Shown here piece by piece: positions 1 to 10,054 of a stretch of DNA of 64,000 bases. The number at the start of each line of letters is the position of its first letter. Position 1 is the first letter of the stretch. The DNA is from an uncultured Armatimonadetes bacterium (lineage in GTDB: Bacteria > Armatimonadota > Hebobacteria > Hebobacterales > Hebobacteraceae): positions 3,392,001-3,456,000 of the forward strand of contig OY970296.1 in NCBI GenBank assembly GCA_963716175.1. The letters run 5' to 3'. A program made the position numbers and the translations under genes. A model generated the notes under the pieces. That model had not been told where the DNA came from and ran no database searches. It saw only the letters and a list, made by a program, of their open reading frames with translations.

Positions 1-1020
1 GACATGCGGGAGCTGCGGGCGCGCAAGCAGGGGGTTGCCGAGGGGGTGGTGCTGGAAGCGGAGCTGGACCGGCGGCGGGGCTCGGTGGCGACGCTGTTGG
101 TGCAGGAGGGCACGCTGCGAGCGGGCGACAGCATCGTGGCGGGACCGGTGTCCGGCAAGGCCAGGGCAATGACGGATGACCTTGGGCGCCGGCTGACGGA
201 GGCCGGGCCGTCTACGCCGGTGCAGGTCATGGGGCTGGCCGATGTGCCGGAGGCGAGCGAGCTGTTTCGGGTGGTGAGCAGCGACCGGGAAGCGCGGGTG
301 CTGGCCGATGAGCAGCGCCTGGTCCGACGCAGCGCGGAGCTGGTGGCGGTGGGGCCTCGATCCATGATGGAGATCTCCCGGCTGTTTGCGGCGGGAGAGA
401 GCAAGGTACTGAACCTGATCCTCAAGGCCGATGCCCAGGGCACGGTGGAAGCGATCAGCGACGCACTGCTCCAGATGCAGACCGAAGAGGTGAAGATCGC
501 CCTGCTCCACACCGGGGTGGGAGAGGTGACCGAATCCGATGTCAGCCTGGCGGCGGCCTCCAAACCCACGGTGATCATCGGCTTCCAGGTGGGCGCTGAT
601 ACCCAGGCGCGGGGGCTGGCGGCGGACGAGCACATCGAGATCCGCCGCTACCAGGTGATCTACGACCTGCTCGACGACGTGCGCCAGACCATGATCGGAA
701 TGCTGGAGGCGGTGACGGAGGAGGCGGTGGTGGGCCGGGCGGAGGTGCGGGCGCTCTTCCGGTCCTCCCGGGTGGGCACGATCGCGGGGTGCTATGTGGG
801 GGAGGGGCGCCTGATGCGGGGAGCACTAGTGCGGATACGGCGGCGCGGGGCGGTAGTCTACGAGGGCCGACTGGACTCCCTGCGGCACCTGAAGGAGGAT
901 GTGACCGAGATCACCCAGGGCTTCGAGTGTGGGATCGCCATCCAGGGCTTCGACGGTTTCGAGGTGGGGGACGAGATCGAGTGTGTGGAGCGCCGGGAGG
1001 TGCGGCGGCTTGTCCTATAA
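1..1020 (+). CDS. infB: Translation initiation factor IF-2, C-terminal part (truncated by window start)
   Basis: Motifs ILKADAQGTVEAI, GVGEVTESDV, IAGCYV..G, GFECGI; followed by ylxP-rbfA-truB synteny. Confidence 0.97.
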   Translation, partial: DMRELRARKQGVAEGVVLEAELDRRRGSVATLLVQEGTLRAGDSIVAGPVSGKARAMTDDLGRRLTEAGPSTPVQVMGLADVPEASELFRVVSSDREARVLADEQRLVRRSAELVAVGPRSMMEISRLFAAGESKVLNLILKADAQGTVEAISDALLQMQTEEVKIALLHTGVGEVTESDVSLAAASKPTVIIGFQVGADTQARGLAADEHIEIRRYQVIYDLLDDVRQTMIGMLEAVTEEAVVGRAEVRALFRSSRVGTIAGCYVGEGRLMRGALVRIRRRGAVVYEGRLDSLRHLKEDVTEITQGFECGIAIQGFDGFEVGDEIECVERREVRRLVL

Positions 1021-1033
1021 TAAGGCGCCGACT

Positions 1034-1315
1034 CTGCATATTGCGGCCCTCAGCGTGGAGCTGGAGATCACCGATGGCATTACACTCAAGGACAAGCGCC
1101 AGGTGATCCGCAGCCTGCTGGACCGCATCCGCGATCGGTTCAACGTGAGCGCGGCCGAGGTGGGCAACCTGGACTCGCCGCGCTACGCCACCCTGGCGGC
1201 GGTGGTGGTGGCGAACGAGCATGCGTTCGTGGACCGGGTGATGTCGAGGGTGGCCAGCTTCATCGAGGGGGAGCCGCGGGTGGTGGTGCTGGCGCAAGAT
1301 CTCGAACACCTGTGA
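1034..1315 (+). CDS. DUF503 (YlxP) family protein
   Basis: TLKDKRQVIRSLLDRIRDRFNVSAAEV motif, located between infB and rbfA. The only plausible start after the infB stop is CTG at 1034. Confidence 0.88.
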   Translation: MHIAALSVELEITDGITLKDKRQVIRSLLDRIRDRFNVSAAEVGNLDSPRYATLAAVVVANEHAFVDRVMSRVASFIEGEPRVVVLAQDLEHL

Positions 1316-1368
1316 AGGCCCCGGCGGGGCCGCATCTCCCATCCCTCCGACCCGCGCGGTGAACTGGC

Positions 1369-1764
1369 ATGGCCTCGCAGCGCGTGCAGCGCGTTCAGAA
1401 CTTGCTGCGTGCAGAGATCAGCACGGTGCTTCAGCGGAAGCTGAAGGACCCGCGGGTGACCATGGTCACGATCAGCTACGTGGAGGCGGCCCCGGACCTG
1501 CACGAGGCGCGAGTCTTCGTGAGCGTGTATGGTGACCGCGAGACGCAAGAGGTCGCCTTGGAGGGTTTGAGAAGCGCGGCCGGCTTCATCCGCGCGGAAC
1601 TGATGAAGGTGCTGCACCTGCGCCCGATGCCCCATCTCGATTTCCGGACCGACGAGTCTCTGGCGCGGGGAGCCCACACCCTGGACCTGCTGGAGCAGCT
1701 GGAACATGAGCAGGAAGGCCGCGAGGGCAGCGCGGGATCAAGCCATCGCGCTGATTCGGAGTAG
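1369..1764 (+). CDS. rbfA: Ribosome-binding factor A
   Basis: LKDPRVTMVTISYVE..PDL..ARVFVS, LRPMPHLDFRTDESL; synteny. Confidence 0.96.
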   Translation: MASQRVQRVQNLLRAEISTVLQRKLKDPRVTMVTISYVEAAPDLHEARVFVSVYGDRETQEVALEGLRSAAGFIRAELMKVLHLRPMPHLDFRTDESLARGAHTLDLLEQLEHEQEGREGSAGSSHRADSE

Positions 1765-2707
1765 CGAACAAGTCTTTGTCGGTACCCATCTGCGGCCCGA
1801 CGGCGATGCCCTGGGGTCGCTGCTCGGGCTCTCTCTGGCGCTGGAGAAGATGGGGCTGCGGGTGGTCCGGCTGTGTGTGGACCCGGCGCCGGCGGTGTAC
1901 CGCTTTCTCCCCGGTTCCGAGCGCATCCAGCAGCAGGCGCCCCCCTGGCGGCCCCAGGTGGGAGTGGTGGTGGACTGCGACGGGCTGGCGCGGGTGGGAG
2001 GCCTGGAGCCGGTGTTCGCTTCCCTGCCGCACCTGATTGACATTGACCACCACGGCACCAACCAGACCTTCGGCGAGGTGCAAGTGGTTGATCCCAGCGC
2101 CGGGGCCTGCTCGGAGCTGGTGTTCGACCTGGTGCGCGCTCTCGATATCGCCGTGGACGCCGATATCGCGACCTGCCTATATGCCGGCATTCTCACCGAC
2201 ACCGGCCGGTTCTCCTATGCCAACACCACCCCTAGCAGCCTGAGGATCGCGGCCGAGCTGGTGAGGGCCGGGGCGCGGCCGGCCTTGATCGCGCGCAAAG
2301 TGTACGGGGAACGCTCTATCGCCGCCACCCACCTGCTGGGGGTCGCGCTGTCGCGGCTGTCGGCGCATTTCGCGGGGCAGGTGGTGAGCTCGACCCTGAT
2401 CCCGGCGGATTTCACGGCCACTGGTGCGGTGTCAGCAGATACCGAGGGGATCATTGACCACCTGCGGGCCATTGGCGGGCCTCGGGTTGCCCTGTTGTTC
2501 GTGCAGATGGAGGACGGCGAGGTGCGGGCGAGCCTGCGCTCGGATGGCAGCGTGGACGTGAGCGCGATCGCGCTCGCGTTCGACGGCGGAGGGCACGCCA
2601 TGGCGGCAGGCTGCACCTGTCCGGGGACGGTGGAAGAGGTGCGGGGACGGGTGCTGGCGGCAGTGGAGAAGTGGCTCTCGCAGTCGGGCGCGGACGATGC
2701 CGGCTGA
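1706..2707 (+). CDS. nrnA: DHH-family bifunctional oligoribonuclease/PAP phosphatase (NrnA-like)
   Basis: HLRPDGDALGS, IDIDHH, TDTGRF, GGGHAMAAG motifs. Confidence 0.92.
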   Translation: MSRKAARAARDQAIALIRSSEQVFVGTHLRPDGDALGSLLGLSLALEKMGLRVVRLCVDPAPAVYRFLPGSERIQQQAPPWRPQVGVVVDCDGLARVGGLEPVFASLPHLIDIDHHGTNQTFGEVQVVDPSAGACSELVFDLVRALDIAVDADIATCLYAGILTDTGRFSYANTTPSSLRIAAELVRAGARPALIARKVYGERSIAATHLLGVALSRLSAHFAGQVVSSTLIPADFTATGAVSADTEGIIDHLRAIGGPRVALLFVQMEDGEVRASLRSDGSVDVSAIALAFDGGGHAMAAGCTCPGTVEEVRGRVLAAVEKWLSQSGADDAG

Positions 2708-3659
2708 CGGATTCCTCAACCTGCTGAAGCCCCCTGGCATGACCTCGCACGATGTGGTGGCCTGGGTGCGGGCGCGGCTGGAGAGCCGGCGGGTGGGGCA
2801 CCTTGGGACCCTGGACCCGGCGGCGGCCGGGGTGCTCCCCATCTCCGTGGGACGGGCAACGCGGCTGTTCCAGTTCGCCGCCGGACAGGAGAAGAGCTAT
2901 CGCGCGGAGATCGTCTTCGGGCTGGCGACCGACACCATGGACGCCGAGGGAGCGATCACCGCGGAGGGCGACAGCAGCGCGCTGACGCGAGTGATGCTCA
3001 CCGACCTGTTGACGCGGCTGGTGGGCGAGATCGAGCAAACGCCGCCGGCTTACTCGGCCGTGCAGGCGAATGGCCGCAGGCTGTACGAGCTGGCGCGCCG
3101 GGGCGAAGCGCCGGCCGCGAGACCCCGCACGGTGCGGGTGGTCGGCTTGGACCTGATCGCATTCTGGCCCGGGCCCCGAGCGCGGGCGCTGGTGGATGTG
3201 GTGTGTGGGCCGGGCACTTACGTGCGGGCCCTGGCCGCGGATCTGGGCCAGGCCGCCCGTTGCGGGGCCTACCTGAGTTTCCTGGTGCGGACCAGGGTGG
3301 GCCGGTTCGAGATCGCCGATGCGCTGACCCTGGAGGAGTGCGAGGCGGCAGCAGAGCGAGGCGAGTTTGGCGAACTGGTCTTGCCCATGGACTGGCCGCT
3401 GGCGCATCTGCCGGCGGTCGAGCTGGATGGGCCGAACGCGTTGCGCTTCGTGCAAGGCACGAGAGTGACGACGGCGGAAGCGGCCAGAGCCGGCGGTCTG
3501 GGGACTGAAGTCCCGAGAGACCAGGCGGCGGGCGCGGGCGTGCCCGCCCTACAGCGCGTCTATGGAGTGGGAGGCCGGTTTCTGGGTCTGGGTGAGATGC
3601 TCAAGGGCCAACTGCGCCCCCAGGTGGTGCTGGCGGCACCGGAGGGCGGGGGGCCGTGA
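2697..3659 (+). CDS. truB: tRNA pseudouridine(55) synthase
   Basis: KPPGMTSHDVV, GHLGTLDPAAAGVLP, PPAYSAV, GTYVRALA; contains a repeat-derived insert near the C-terminus. Confidence 0.96.
   Translation: MPADGFLNLLKPPGMTSHDVVAWVRARLESRRVGHLGTLDPAAAGVLPISVGRATRLFQFAAGQEKSYRAEIVFGLATDTMDAEGAITAEGDSSALTRVMLTDLLTRLVGEIEQTPPAYSAVQANGRRLYELARRGEAPAARPRTVRVVGLDLIAFWPGPRARALVDVVCGPGTYVRALAADLGQAARCGAYLSFLVRTRVGRFEIADALTLEECEAAAERGEFGELVLPMDWPLAHLPAVELDGPNALRFVQGTRVTTAEAARAGGLGTEVPRDQAAGAGVPALQRVYGVGGRFLGLGEMLKGQLRPQVVLAAPEGGGP
3495..3553. repeat. Two tandem palindromic elements in frame in truB
   Basis: GGTCTGGGGACTGAAGTCCCGAGAGACC hairpin, then GGCGGGCGCGGGCGTGCCCGCCCTACA (AGAGVPALQ). Confidence 0.8.
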
Positions 3660-4687
3660 GGGTCATCCGCGACCTGAAGCAGGTGTCAGTCCGCCGGCCG
3701 CTTTGCCTGGCCATGGGAGTGTTCGATGGGGTGCACCTGGGCCACCAGGCGATCATCTCGGAGGCGGTAGGCCTCGCCGCGGGCACCGGCGGACTGCCGG
3801 CGGTGCTGACCTTCGACCGGCATCCCATGGAGGTGCTATTGCCAGATGGCGCGCCGCCGCTGCTTACCACCACGGAGGAGAAGCTAGACCTGATCCGGGG
3901 CCTGGGCATACGGCTGGCCGTGGTGGCGAGATTCGATCGCCGGCTGGCGGAGACTCCGGCGGAGAAGTTCGTGGGCCGGGCCCTGGCGCAGCAGCTCAGG
4001 GCTCGCTGTCTGGTGGTGGGCGAGGACTGGCGCTTCGGCGCGGGGCGGGCCGGCACCACTGCTCTGCTGCGAAGGATGGCGCCGCAGTTGGGCTTCGAGG
4101 TGCGGGTGGTCCAACCAGTCGTGGTGAGGGGGCGGCGCGTGAGCAGCACGCGGATCCGCGCCCTGATCCTGCGGGGCCAGGTCGCCGCGGCCCGCGACTG
4201 CCTAGCTCGCCACTACCAGGTGTCGGGCCGGGTGGTGGTCGGGGAGGGCCGAGGCCGCGAGCTGGGCTATCCGACCGCGAATCTGGAGCCTCCGGCCGCC
4301 AAGCTGATCCCGCGAGACGGAGTCTACGCCTGCTGGGCCGGGCCGACGGCGGGCAGGCAGAGACAGGCCCGCCCTATAGGCGTTTGGCCGGCGGTGGCGA
4401 GCATCGGGGTGCGGCCAACGTTCGAGCGCCGCGGCGCGCGGCGGATAGAGGTGCACCTGCTGGAGGCGGATTCCTCTGGCGGGCATGGGCATGCCCGCCC
4501 TACAGCCGCGCGGCGCACCAGTCTGCCGGGCCGAGAGATGCGGGTGCTGTTCGTCCAGTGGCTGCGGGGCGAGGTCCACTTCGCCTCGCCTGAGGCTCTG
4601 GTGAAGCAAATGGGGCGGGATTGCGCGCGGGCGGGGAGAGTGCTGGCTTTACAGGCTCCTGCTGATGTGCTATCATCTGAGCGGTAG
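3656..4687 (+). CDS. ribF: Bifunctional riboflavin kinase/FAD synthetase
   Basis: GVFDGVHLGHQ, VSSTRIR, GRGRELGYPTAN, SIGVRPTF, IEVHLL; two repeat-derived inserts. Confidence 0.96.
   Translation: MRVIRDLKQVSVRRPLCLAMGVFDGVHLGHQAIISEAVGLAAGTGGLPAVLTFDRHPMEVLLPDGAPPLLTTTEEKLDLIRGLGIRLAVVARFDRRLAETPAEKFVGRALAQQLRARCLVVGEDWRFGAGRAGTTALLRRMAPQLGFEVRVVQPVVVRGRRVSSTRIRALILRGQVAAARDCLARHYQVSGRVVVGEGRGRELGYPTANLEPPAAKLIPRDGVYACWAGPTAGRQRQARPIGVWPAVASIGVRPTFERRGARRIEVHLLEADSSGGHGHARPTAARRTSLPGREMRVLFVQWLRGEVHFASPEALVKQMGRDCARAGRVLALQAPADVLSSER
4348..4378. repeat. In-frame degenerate REP in ribF (copy 1)
   Basis: GGCGGGCAGGCAGAGACAGGCCCGCCCTATA encodes GRQRQARPI. Confidence 0.75.
4478..4504. repeat. 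In-frame REP in ribF (copy 2)
   Basis: GGCGGGCATGGGCATGCCCGCCCTACA encodes GGHGHARPT. Confidence 0.85.
4648..4676 (+). promoter_or_regulatory. Sigma70-type promoter for rpsO (TTTACA-17-TATCAT, extended TG)
   Basis: Near-consensus hexamers, 17-nt spacer, TGn extension, ~55 nt upstream of rpsO in GC-rich DNA. Confidence 0.6.
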
Positions 4688-4732
4688 TGAGAAGGAAGCC
4701 CTGAGTGGGTTGAGCTTTTCGGGAGGAGATCG

Positions 4733-5020
4733 GTGCCGCTGGTCAAGGACGTGAAGCAGAGCATCATGCTGGAGAACCGCGTGCACGAGAGCGATACCGG
4801 CTCGCCGGAGGTGCAGGTGGCTCTGCTGAGCGCCCGCATCAACCAGCTTCAGGAGCATCTGGCTCAGCATCAGCGAGATCATCACTCCCGGCGGGGGATG
4901 CTGATCATGATCGGGCGCAGGCAGCGCCTGCTGAACTACTTGAGCCGTACGGACATAACCCGCTACCGGGCCCTGGTGGGTAAGCTCGGGCTGCGGGATA
5001 AGACGAGAGCAAGAGGCTGA
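4733..5020 (+). CDS. rpsO: 30S ribosomal protein S15
   Basis: [22 protein letters not shown]....DHHSRRGM; SD GGAGGAG. Confidence 0.98.
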   Translation: MPLVKDVKQSIMLENRVHESDTGSPEVQVALLSARINQLQEHLAQHQRDHHSRRGMLIMIGRRQRLLNYLSRTDITRYRALVGKLGLRDKTRARG

Positions 5021-5022
5021 AC

Positions 5023-5045
5023 GCGGGCCCGGGTTTCGGGCCCGC
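5023..5045 (+). terminator. GC-rich hairpin immediately after rpsO (weak terminator or attenuator)
   Basis: GCGGGCCCG-ggttt-CGGGCCCGC 9-bp stem; no U-tract. Confidence 0.45.
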
Positions 5046-5088
5046 TGCCGTAAATAAGACTAGGGGAAACGCATCGGAAGCCAATAGC

Positions 5089-5235
5089 GGAGTCCGGCCT
5101 TATCAGGCTCTCTTCTTGCGGGGACGATCCTGAACCAATGTGTGCCGAGACGCACCGCCCGGCGTCAGGGGCCAGGGTGTCGGCAGACATCGGTGCAGGT
5201 GATGTTCCTAGCGGCAGGGAAGTCGGCGGACCCCC
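5089..5235 (+). promoter_or_regulatory. Long hairpin in the pnp 5' leader (putative RNase III processing/autoregulation site)
   Basis: 5129-5151 pairs with 5177-5199 (about 4 mismatches), and pairing extends outward on both sides. Confidence 0.55.
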
Positions 5236-5276
5236 TCGTGCTCTCCCGTGCGTTTGCCCCGGAAAAGGTAGCAACT

Positions 5277-7418
5277 GTGGCAATCGCAAGTCGTGACCTC
5301 GACGGGAAGACGGTCTCCGTCGAGACCGGAACCCTAGCCAAGCAGGCCGATGGGTCGGTCTGCGTGCGGGTGGGAGACACCATCACCCTGGTGACGGCCA
5401 CCATGGCCGCTCCCCGCGAGGGGATGGACTTCTTCCCCTTGCTGGTGGATTACGAGGAGAAGATGTACGCGGCCGGCAAGATCCCGGGAGTGCGGTACAT
5501 CCGCCGCGAGGGCCGGCCCAGCGAGAACGCGATCCTGACCGCGCGGCGCATTGACCGCACCATTCGCCCCCTTTTCCCGGAGGGCTTCCGCAACGATATC
5601 CAACTGGTGGCCACCGTGCTCTCGGCCGACCCGGACAACGCTGCGGACATGCCCGCCATGATCGGGGCCCTCGGCCGCCCTTTCCATCTCCCCGATTCCG
5701 TTCCAGGGGCCGGTGGGGGCAGTGCGGGTGGGGAGGCTGGAGGGGAAGATGGTGGTCAATCCCACCTACGCCGAGCGGGACCAGAGCGACTTGGACCTGA
5801 CAGTCGCGGTGAGCCCCAGCGGGGTGGTGATGCTGGAGGGGATGGCCGACGAGCTGCCCGAGGAAGTGCTGGTGGAGGCGGTTCGCTTCGCGCTGCCTTT
5901 CGCGGAAAGCCTGATGGAGATGCAGCGCGGCCTGGTGGCGGAGGCGGGGAAACCTAAGATCGAGTTCACCCCGCTGACGGTGGGAGATGACGTGCGGGCG
6001 GCCATCACCGGGTTCGCGGCGATCATCCGGGAGGCGATCCAGAACCCCGACAAGAAAGCGAGGGAGAACGCCACGGCGGAGGTGCTGGAGAAGCTGGCGG
6101 CCGATCTGGCGGAGCAGTTCCCGGAGCGCATGCCCGAGATCCGGCTCGCCATGGAGGACCAGACCTACCAGGAGCTGCGTCGGCTGATCCTGGACGAGGG
6201 ACGGAGGCCGGACGGCCGGGCGCCGGACGAGATCCGCCCGGTGTGGTGCGAGGTGAGCCTGCTGCCGCGAGCGCACGGGTCGGGGTTGTTCACCCGGGGC
6301 CAGACCCAGGTGATGTCAGTGGTGACACTGGGCGGAGTGGGGGATGAGCAGTTGATTGACGATCTCGGGGTGGTGGAGTCCAAGCGGTTCATGCACCACT
6401 ACAACTTCCCACCCTACAGTGTGGGTGAGGTGCGGCCTCTGCGGGGGCCGAGTCGGCGGGATATCGGGCACGGCTCGCTGGTCGAGAAGTCACTGCTGCC
6501 GCTGCTGCCGGAGGAGGAGAAGTTCCCCTACACCATCCGGGTGGTCTCGGAGGTGCTGGAGAGCAATGGCTCCAGCTCGATGGCGAGCGTATGCGGCAGC
6601 AGCCTGGCGCTGATGGACGCGGGTGTGCCCATCCGGGGGGCGGCGGCCGGCATCTCCATCGGCATGGTGAGTGACGAGCACCGCCATCAGCTGCTGACCG
6701 ACATCCAGGGGGTGGAGGACTTCAGCGGCGATATGGATTTCAAGGTCGCCGGTACGGGGCAAGGGGTGACCGGAATCCAGATGGACGTCAAGCTGAAGGG
6801 ACTGACGATAGACATCGTCGCCGAGGCCTTCGACCAGGCGCGCCGCGCGGGCTGAGCCTGCTGGATACCATGAGCAAGTGCATCGCCGAACCTCGGCCGG
6901 AGCTGGCGCCGCACGCGCCGCGGGTGTTCACGCTGCAGATTGATCCGGAGAAGATCGGGGATATCATCGGCCCAGGCGGCAAGGTCATCAAGAAGATGGA
7001 GGCGGATTTCGGAGTCGAGATTGACATCGAGCAGGACGGCCGGGTGTTCATCGCGGCCCCCGATCAGGCGTCCGGTGAACGCGCCTTGAAGGTGATTGAG
7101 GACATCACCCGGGATCTCAAGGTAGGTGAAATCTACACCGGCAGGGTAGTTCGGATTGTGCCCTTTGGGGCCTTCATCGAACTGCTGCCGGGCCGAGACG
7201 GGCTCCTGCACATCTCCCAGATTGCCCGAGAACGCATTGAGCGGGTCGAGGACGTGCTCAGGATGGGAGAAGAGGTGCAGGTGAAAGTGATCGAGATCGA
7301 CCCTCAGGGGAAGGTGCGGCTGAGCCGCAAGGACCTGCTGGCGCCCTCGGAAGGCGGCCAGGAGCCGCCAGCCAGGGAAGCGCCGAGTCGAGGTCCGCGC
7401 TGGCGGCCGCGGCGGTGA
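5277..7418 (+). CDS. pnp: Polyribonucleotide nucleotidyltransferase (PNPase); two apparent frameshifts (~5668, ~6849)
   Basis: [54 protein letters not shown] and S1 domains spread across three frames. Confidence 0.95.
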
Positions 7419-7544
7419 GCTGCGGCGCCCAACCGTTCTCCTCCCCCTCCGCCCCGGCAGGGTAGGCGGTGCGGCATTTCCACGGCTGAGAGCGCGATCA
7501 GGCCGGTAACGGCTCTCCGGGGCGGGCCCCGGGCCGAGAAAAGC

Positions 7545-8750
7545 GTGTTGCCCAACGGCCTGCGGGTGCTCACGGAGCGCCTGGGCCATGTGGACTCAGT
7601 CTCGCTGGGGGTGTGGCTGGCGGCCGGGCTGAAGGACGAGCCCCCGGGCCAGGAGGGGATCAACCACTTCCTCGAACACATGTTGTTCAAAGGAACGCAC
7701 ACGCGCTCGGCCCTCCAGATCGCCCAGGCCAGCGACGACATCGGCGGGCAGGTGAACGGGTTCACCGAGCGCGAGTTCATGTATCTCTATGCCCGGACCA
7801 TCAGCGAGCAGGTGGAGGCGGGCCTGGAGCTGCTGTTCGACTTGCTGCTGCACCCGGTCTGCGCGCCGGAGGAGGTGAAGCGCGAGCAGGAGGTGGTGCT
7901 CCAGGAGATCCGTCATGTGGAGGACACCCCGGAGGACTGGGTGCACGATCTGCTGCTGGAGACGGCCTGGCCCAGTCACCCCCTGGGCCGCCAACTGATG
8001 GGGACTCCGGAGAGCGTGCTGGGGGTTGACCGCGAGCCGCTGCTCTCCCGATTGGCGGAGCTGCGGTATGCGGATCGCGTGATCGTTACGGCCGCGGGCG
8101 ACGTGGATCATGGGCGGGTGGTGGACCTGGTGGCTGACCTGGTTGAGGAGCTGGCGCCGGGACCTCCGGCAGTCTCCGAAGTGCCGCCCGCCTTCAAGCC
8201 TGACCACTTGCGTATCCCCCGGGCTACGGGCCAGGTGCATTTCGCCATGGGCACGCCTGGCTGCGGCCGGCGCGATGAAGCGCACCATGCCTACGCGGTG
8301 TTGGATGCCATTCTCGGGGGCGGGGCCAGCTCGCGGCTGTTCCAGCAGATCAGGGAGAACCGCGGACTGGCCTACAGCATCAGCTCCTACCTCCAGTCCT
8401 ACCGGTGGGCCGGGCTGTTCTCGATAGATGCGGGCACGGGCCCCAAGGACTTCGATCTGGTGATCGAGCTGATCGGGCAGGAGATCGAGCGGCTGCGGGA
8501 GGAAGGTCTCTCGCCGCCCGAGCTGGAGCGGGCCCGGACCCAACTGAAGGTGGCGATCGCGCTGGCTGCGGAGAGCACCAGCTTCCGCATGCAGCACCTG
8601 GCGGTCTCCGAGATGTACTGGGGCCGAGTGCTGTCCTTCGACGAGATCGCCGCAGGCGTGGAGGCGGTCACCGCCGAAGACGTGCACCGGCTGGCGGCGC
8701 AGGTTTTCACACCGGAGCGGCAGGCGCTGGTGGCGATCGGGCCTTTCTAG
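7545..8750 (+). CDS. M16 family zinc peptidase (pitrilysin-like)
   Basis: HFLEHMLFKGT (HxxEH), GGGASSRLFQQIRENRGLAYSI; usual neighbour of pnp. Confidence 0.93.
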   Translation: MLPNGLRVLTERLGHVDSVSLGVWLAAGLKDEPPGQEGINHFLEHMLFKGTHTRSALQIAQASDDIGGQVNGFTEREFMYLYARTISEQVEAGLELLFDLLLHPVCAPEEVKREQEVVLQEIRHVEDTPEDWVHDLLLETAWPSHPLGRQLMGTPESVLGVDREPLLSRLAELRYADRVIVTAAGDVDHGRVVDLVADLVEELAPGPPAVSEVPPAFKPDHLRIPRATGQVHFAMGTPGCGRRDEAHHAYAVLDAILGGGASSRLFQQIRENRGLAYSISSYLQSYRWAGLFSIDAGTGPKDFDLVIELIGQEIERLREEGLSPPELERARTQLKVAIALAAESTSFRMQHLAVSEMYWGRVLSFDEIAAGVEAVTAEDVHRLAAQVFTPERQALVAIGPF

Positions 8751-8757
8751 GCGAAGC

Positions 8758-8816
8758 CACCGCAAAGGCGCAGAGAACGCGCAGGATTCCTTTGCGCCCT
8801 CAGCGTCTCTGCGGTG
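8758..8816. repeat. Imperfect inverted repeat with ~9-nt periodic units (CACCGCAGAGACGCAGAG family)
   Basis: CACCGCAAAGGCGCAGAG...CTCAGCGTCTCTGCGGTG; half copies at 27711-27730 and 56049-56079. Confidence 0.7.
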
Positions 8817-8853
8817 AGCAGCCTTCCCGGTCAGCCCTTCAGGAGGTCTTCTC

Positions 8854-9645
8854 ATGCCGAGGATTCGCGTTCTGGTGATCGGGACCGCGGGCCGGATGGG
8901 CAGGGAGGTGGTGCGGGCGGTCTCCGCGCAGGGGGATATGTCGCTGGTGGCCGCGGTAGACCGATCCGGCGTAGGGAAGGACGCGGGTACGGTGGCCGGC
9001 CTGGACCCGATCGGTGTGACCATCGCCGGATCCGTGTCAGATGCGATTCAGCAGCAGTCGCCGGATGTCTCTGTGGATTTCAGTCTCCCGGGCGCAGTGA
9101 TGGACAACGCCCGTGCCGTGGTGGGGGCGAGGGTGGCCTGTGTGATCGGTGCTTCCGGGCTCACCGAGGATGACCTGGTAGAGCTGGCCGCCCTGTGCGA
9201 GCAGCACAAGACGCCGGCCTTCTACACCCCGAACTTCGCCATTGGTGCGGTGTTGATGATGCAGTTCGCCGCTCAGGCGGCGCGCTATATGGATGCCGTG
9301 GAGATCATCGAGCTGCACCACGCCACCAAGCTGGATTCGCCTTCGGCGACGGCTGCACGCACCGCCCGCCTGATGGCCGAGCAGGCCGGGAGCAAGGTCG
9401 CTCCTCATCCCTCCGGCGACCACGGGCCCGCCCGCGGCACCGCGGTCGAGGGCATTCCGATCCACAGCGTGCGCCTGCCCGGCCTGGTCGCTCACCAGGA
9501 GGTCATCTTCGGCGGCCTGGGGCAGACCCTCACCATCCGGCACGACTCGACCGGGCGGGACTCTTTCATGCCGGGCGTGCTGCTGGCCATTCGGAAGATT
9601 CGGTCACTGACCGGGCTGACGGTGGGGTTGGAGAAGCTGTTGTAA
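8854..9645 (+). CDS. dapB: 4-hydroxy-tetrahydrodipicolinate reductase
   Basis: GTAGRMGREV, PNFAIG, EIIELHH..KLDSPS, IHSVRLPGLVAHQEV. Confidence 0.96.
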   Translation: MPRIRVLVIGTAGRMGREVVRAVSAQGDMSLVAAVDRSGVGKDAGTVAGLDPIGVTIAGSVSDAIQQQSPDVSVDFSLPGAVMDNARAVVGARVACVIGASGLTEDDLVELAALCEQHKTPAFYTPNFAIGAVLMMQFAAQAARYMDAVEIIELHHATKLDSPSATAARTARLMAEQAGSKVAPHPSGDHGPARGTAVEGIPIHSVRLPGLVAHQEVIFGGLGQTLTIRHDSTGRDSFMPGVLLAIRKIRSLTGLTVGLEKLL

Positions 9646-9692
9646 CGAATCGGCAGAAGACACGCTCTCCTGCCGTACGAGCGCTGGGGGCT

Positions 9693-9980
9693 CTACATGA
9701 TGATCACCACTGAGGCGCAGGGCAGAAGTGAGGCAGCGAGAGCTGCCACACCCAGCCACCACGGCCCTTTCCTAATGGCGAGGAGGGACAAGACGAGTGC
9801 CGAGATCGCCGCGAGATCAGACGTGAGCTTCAGCAGATCGATCACGCCAGGGTGCTCTTGACGGAACGGAGACCAATGGAGCTTGGCGTACAGGCCGAAG
9901 CAGAGCCACGAGTTCGCGGAGAGCAGAATGCTGACCACGGCGTACTGCCACCCGCCTCTTCGCAGGACGGCTCGGAGCAA
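9693..9980 (-). CDS. Small hypothetical membrane protein
   Basis: 95-aa ORF with about 3 hydrophobic segments and a TTG start after a purine-rich stretch; fills the gap between dapB and the spoVS terminator. Confidence 0.5.
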   Translation of the reverse strand: MLRAVLRRGGWQYAVVSILLSANSWLCFGLYAKLHWSPFRQEHPGVIDLLKLTSDLAAISALVLSLLAIRKGPWWLGVAALAASLLPCASVVIIM

Positions 9981-10004
9981 CCTCGCACTCTCCTAAGGAA
10001 GCAG

Positions 10005-10039
10005 AAGCGCGGGCCCGCGAGAGAAGCGGGCCCGCGCTT
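10005..10039 (-). terminator. Terminator hairpin downstream of spoVS
   Basis: AAGCGCGGGCCCGC / GCGGGCCCGCGCTT 14-bp stem. Confidence 0.65.
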
Positions 10040-10054
10040 TCCAATGACTGCGAG

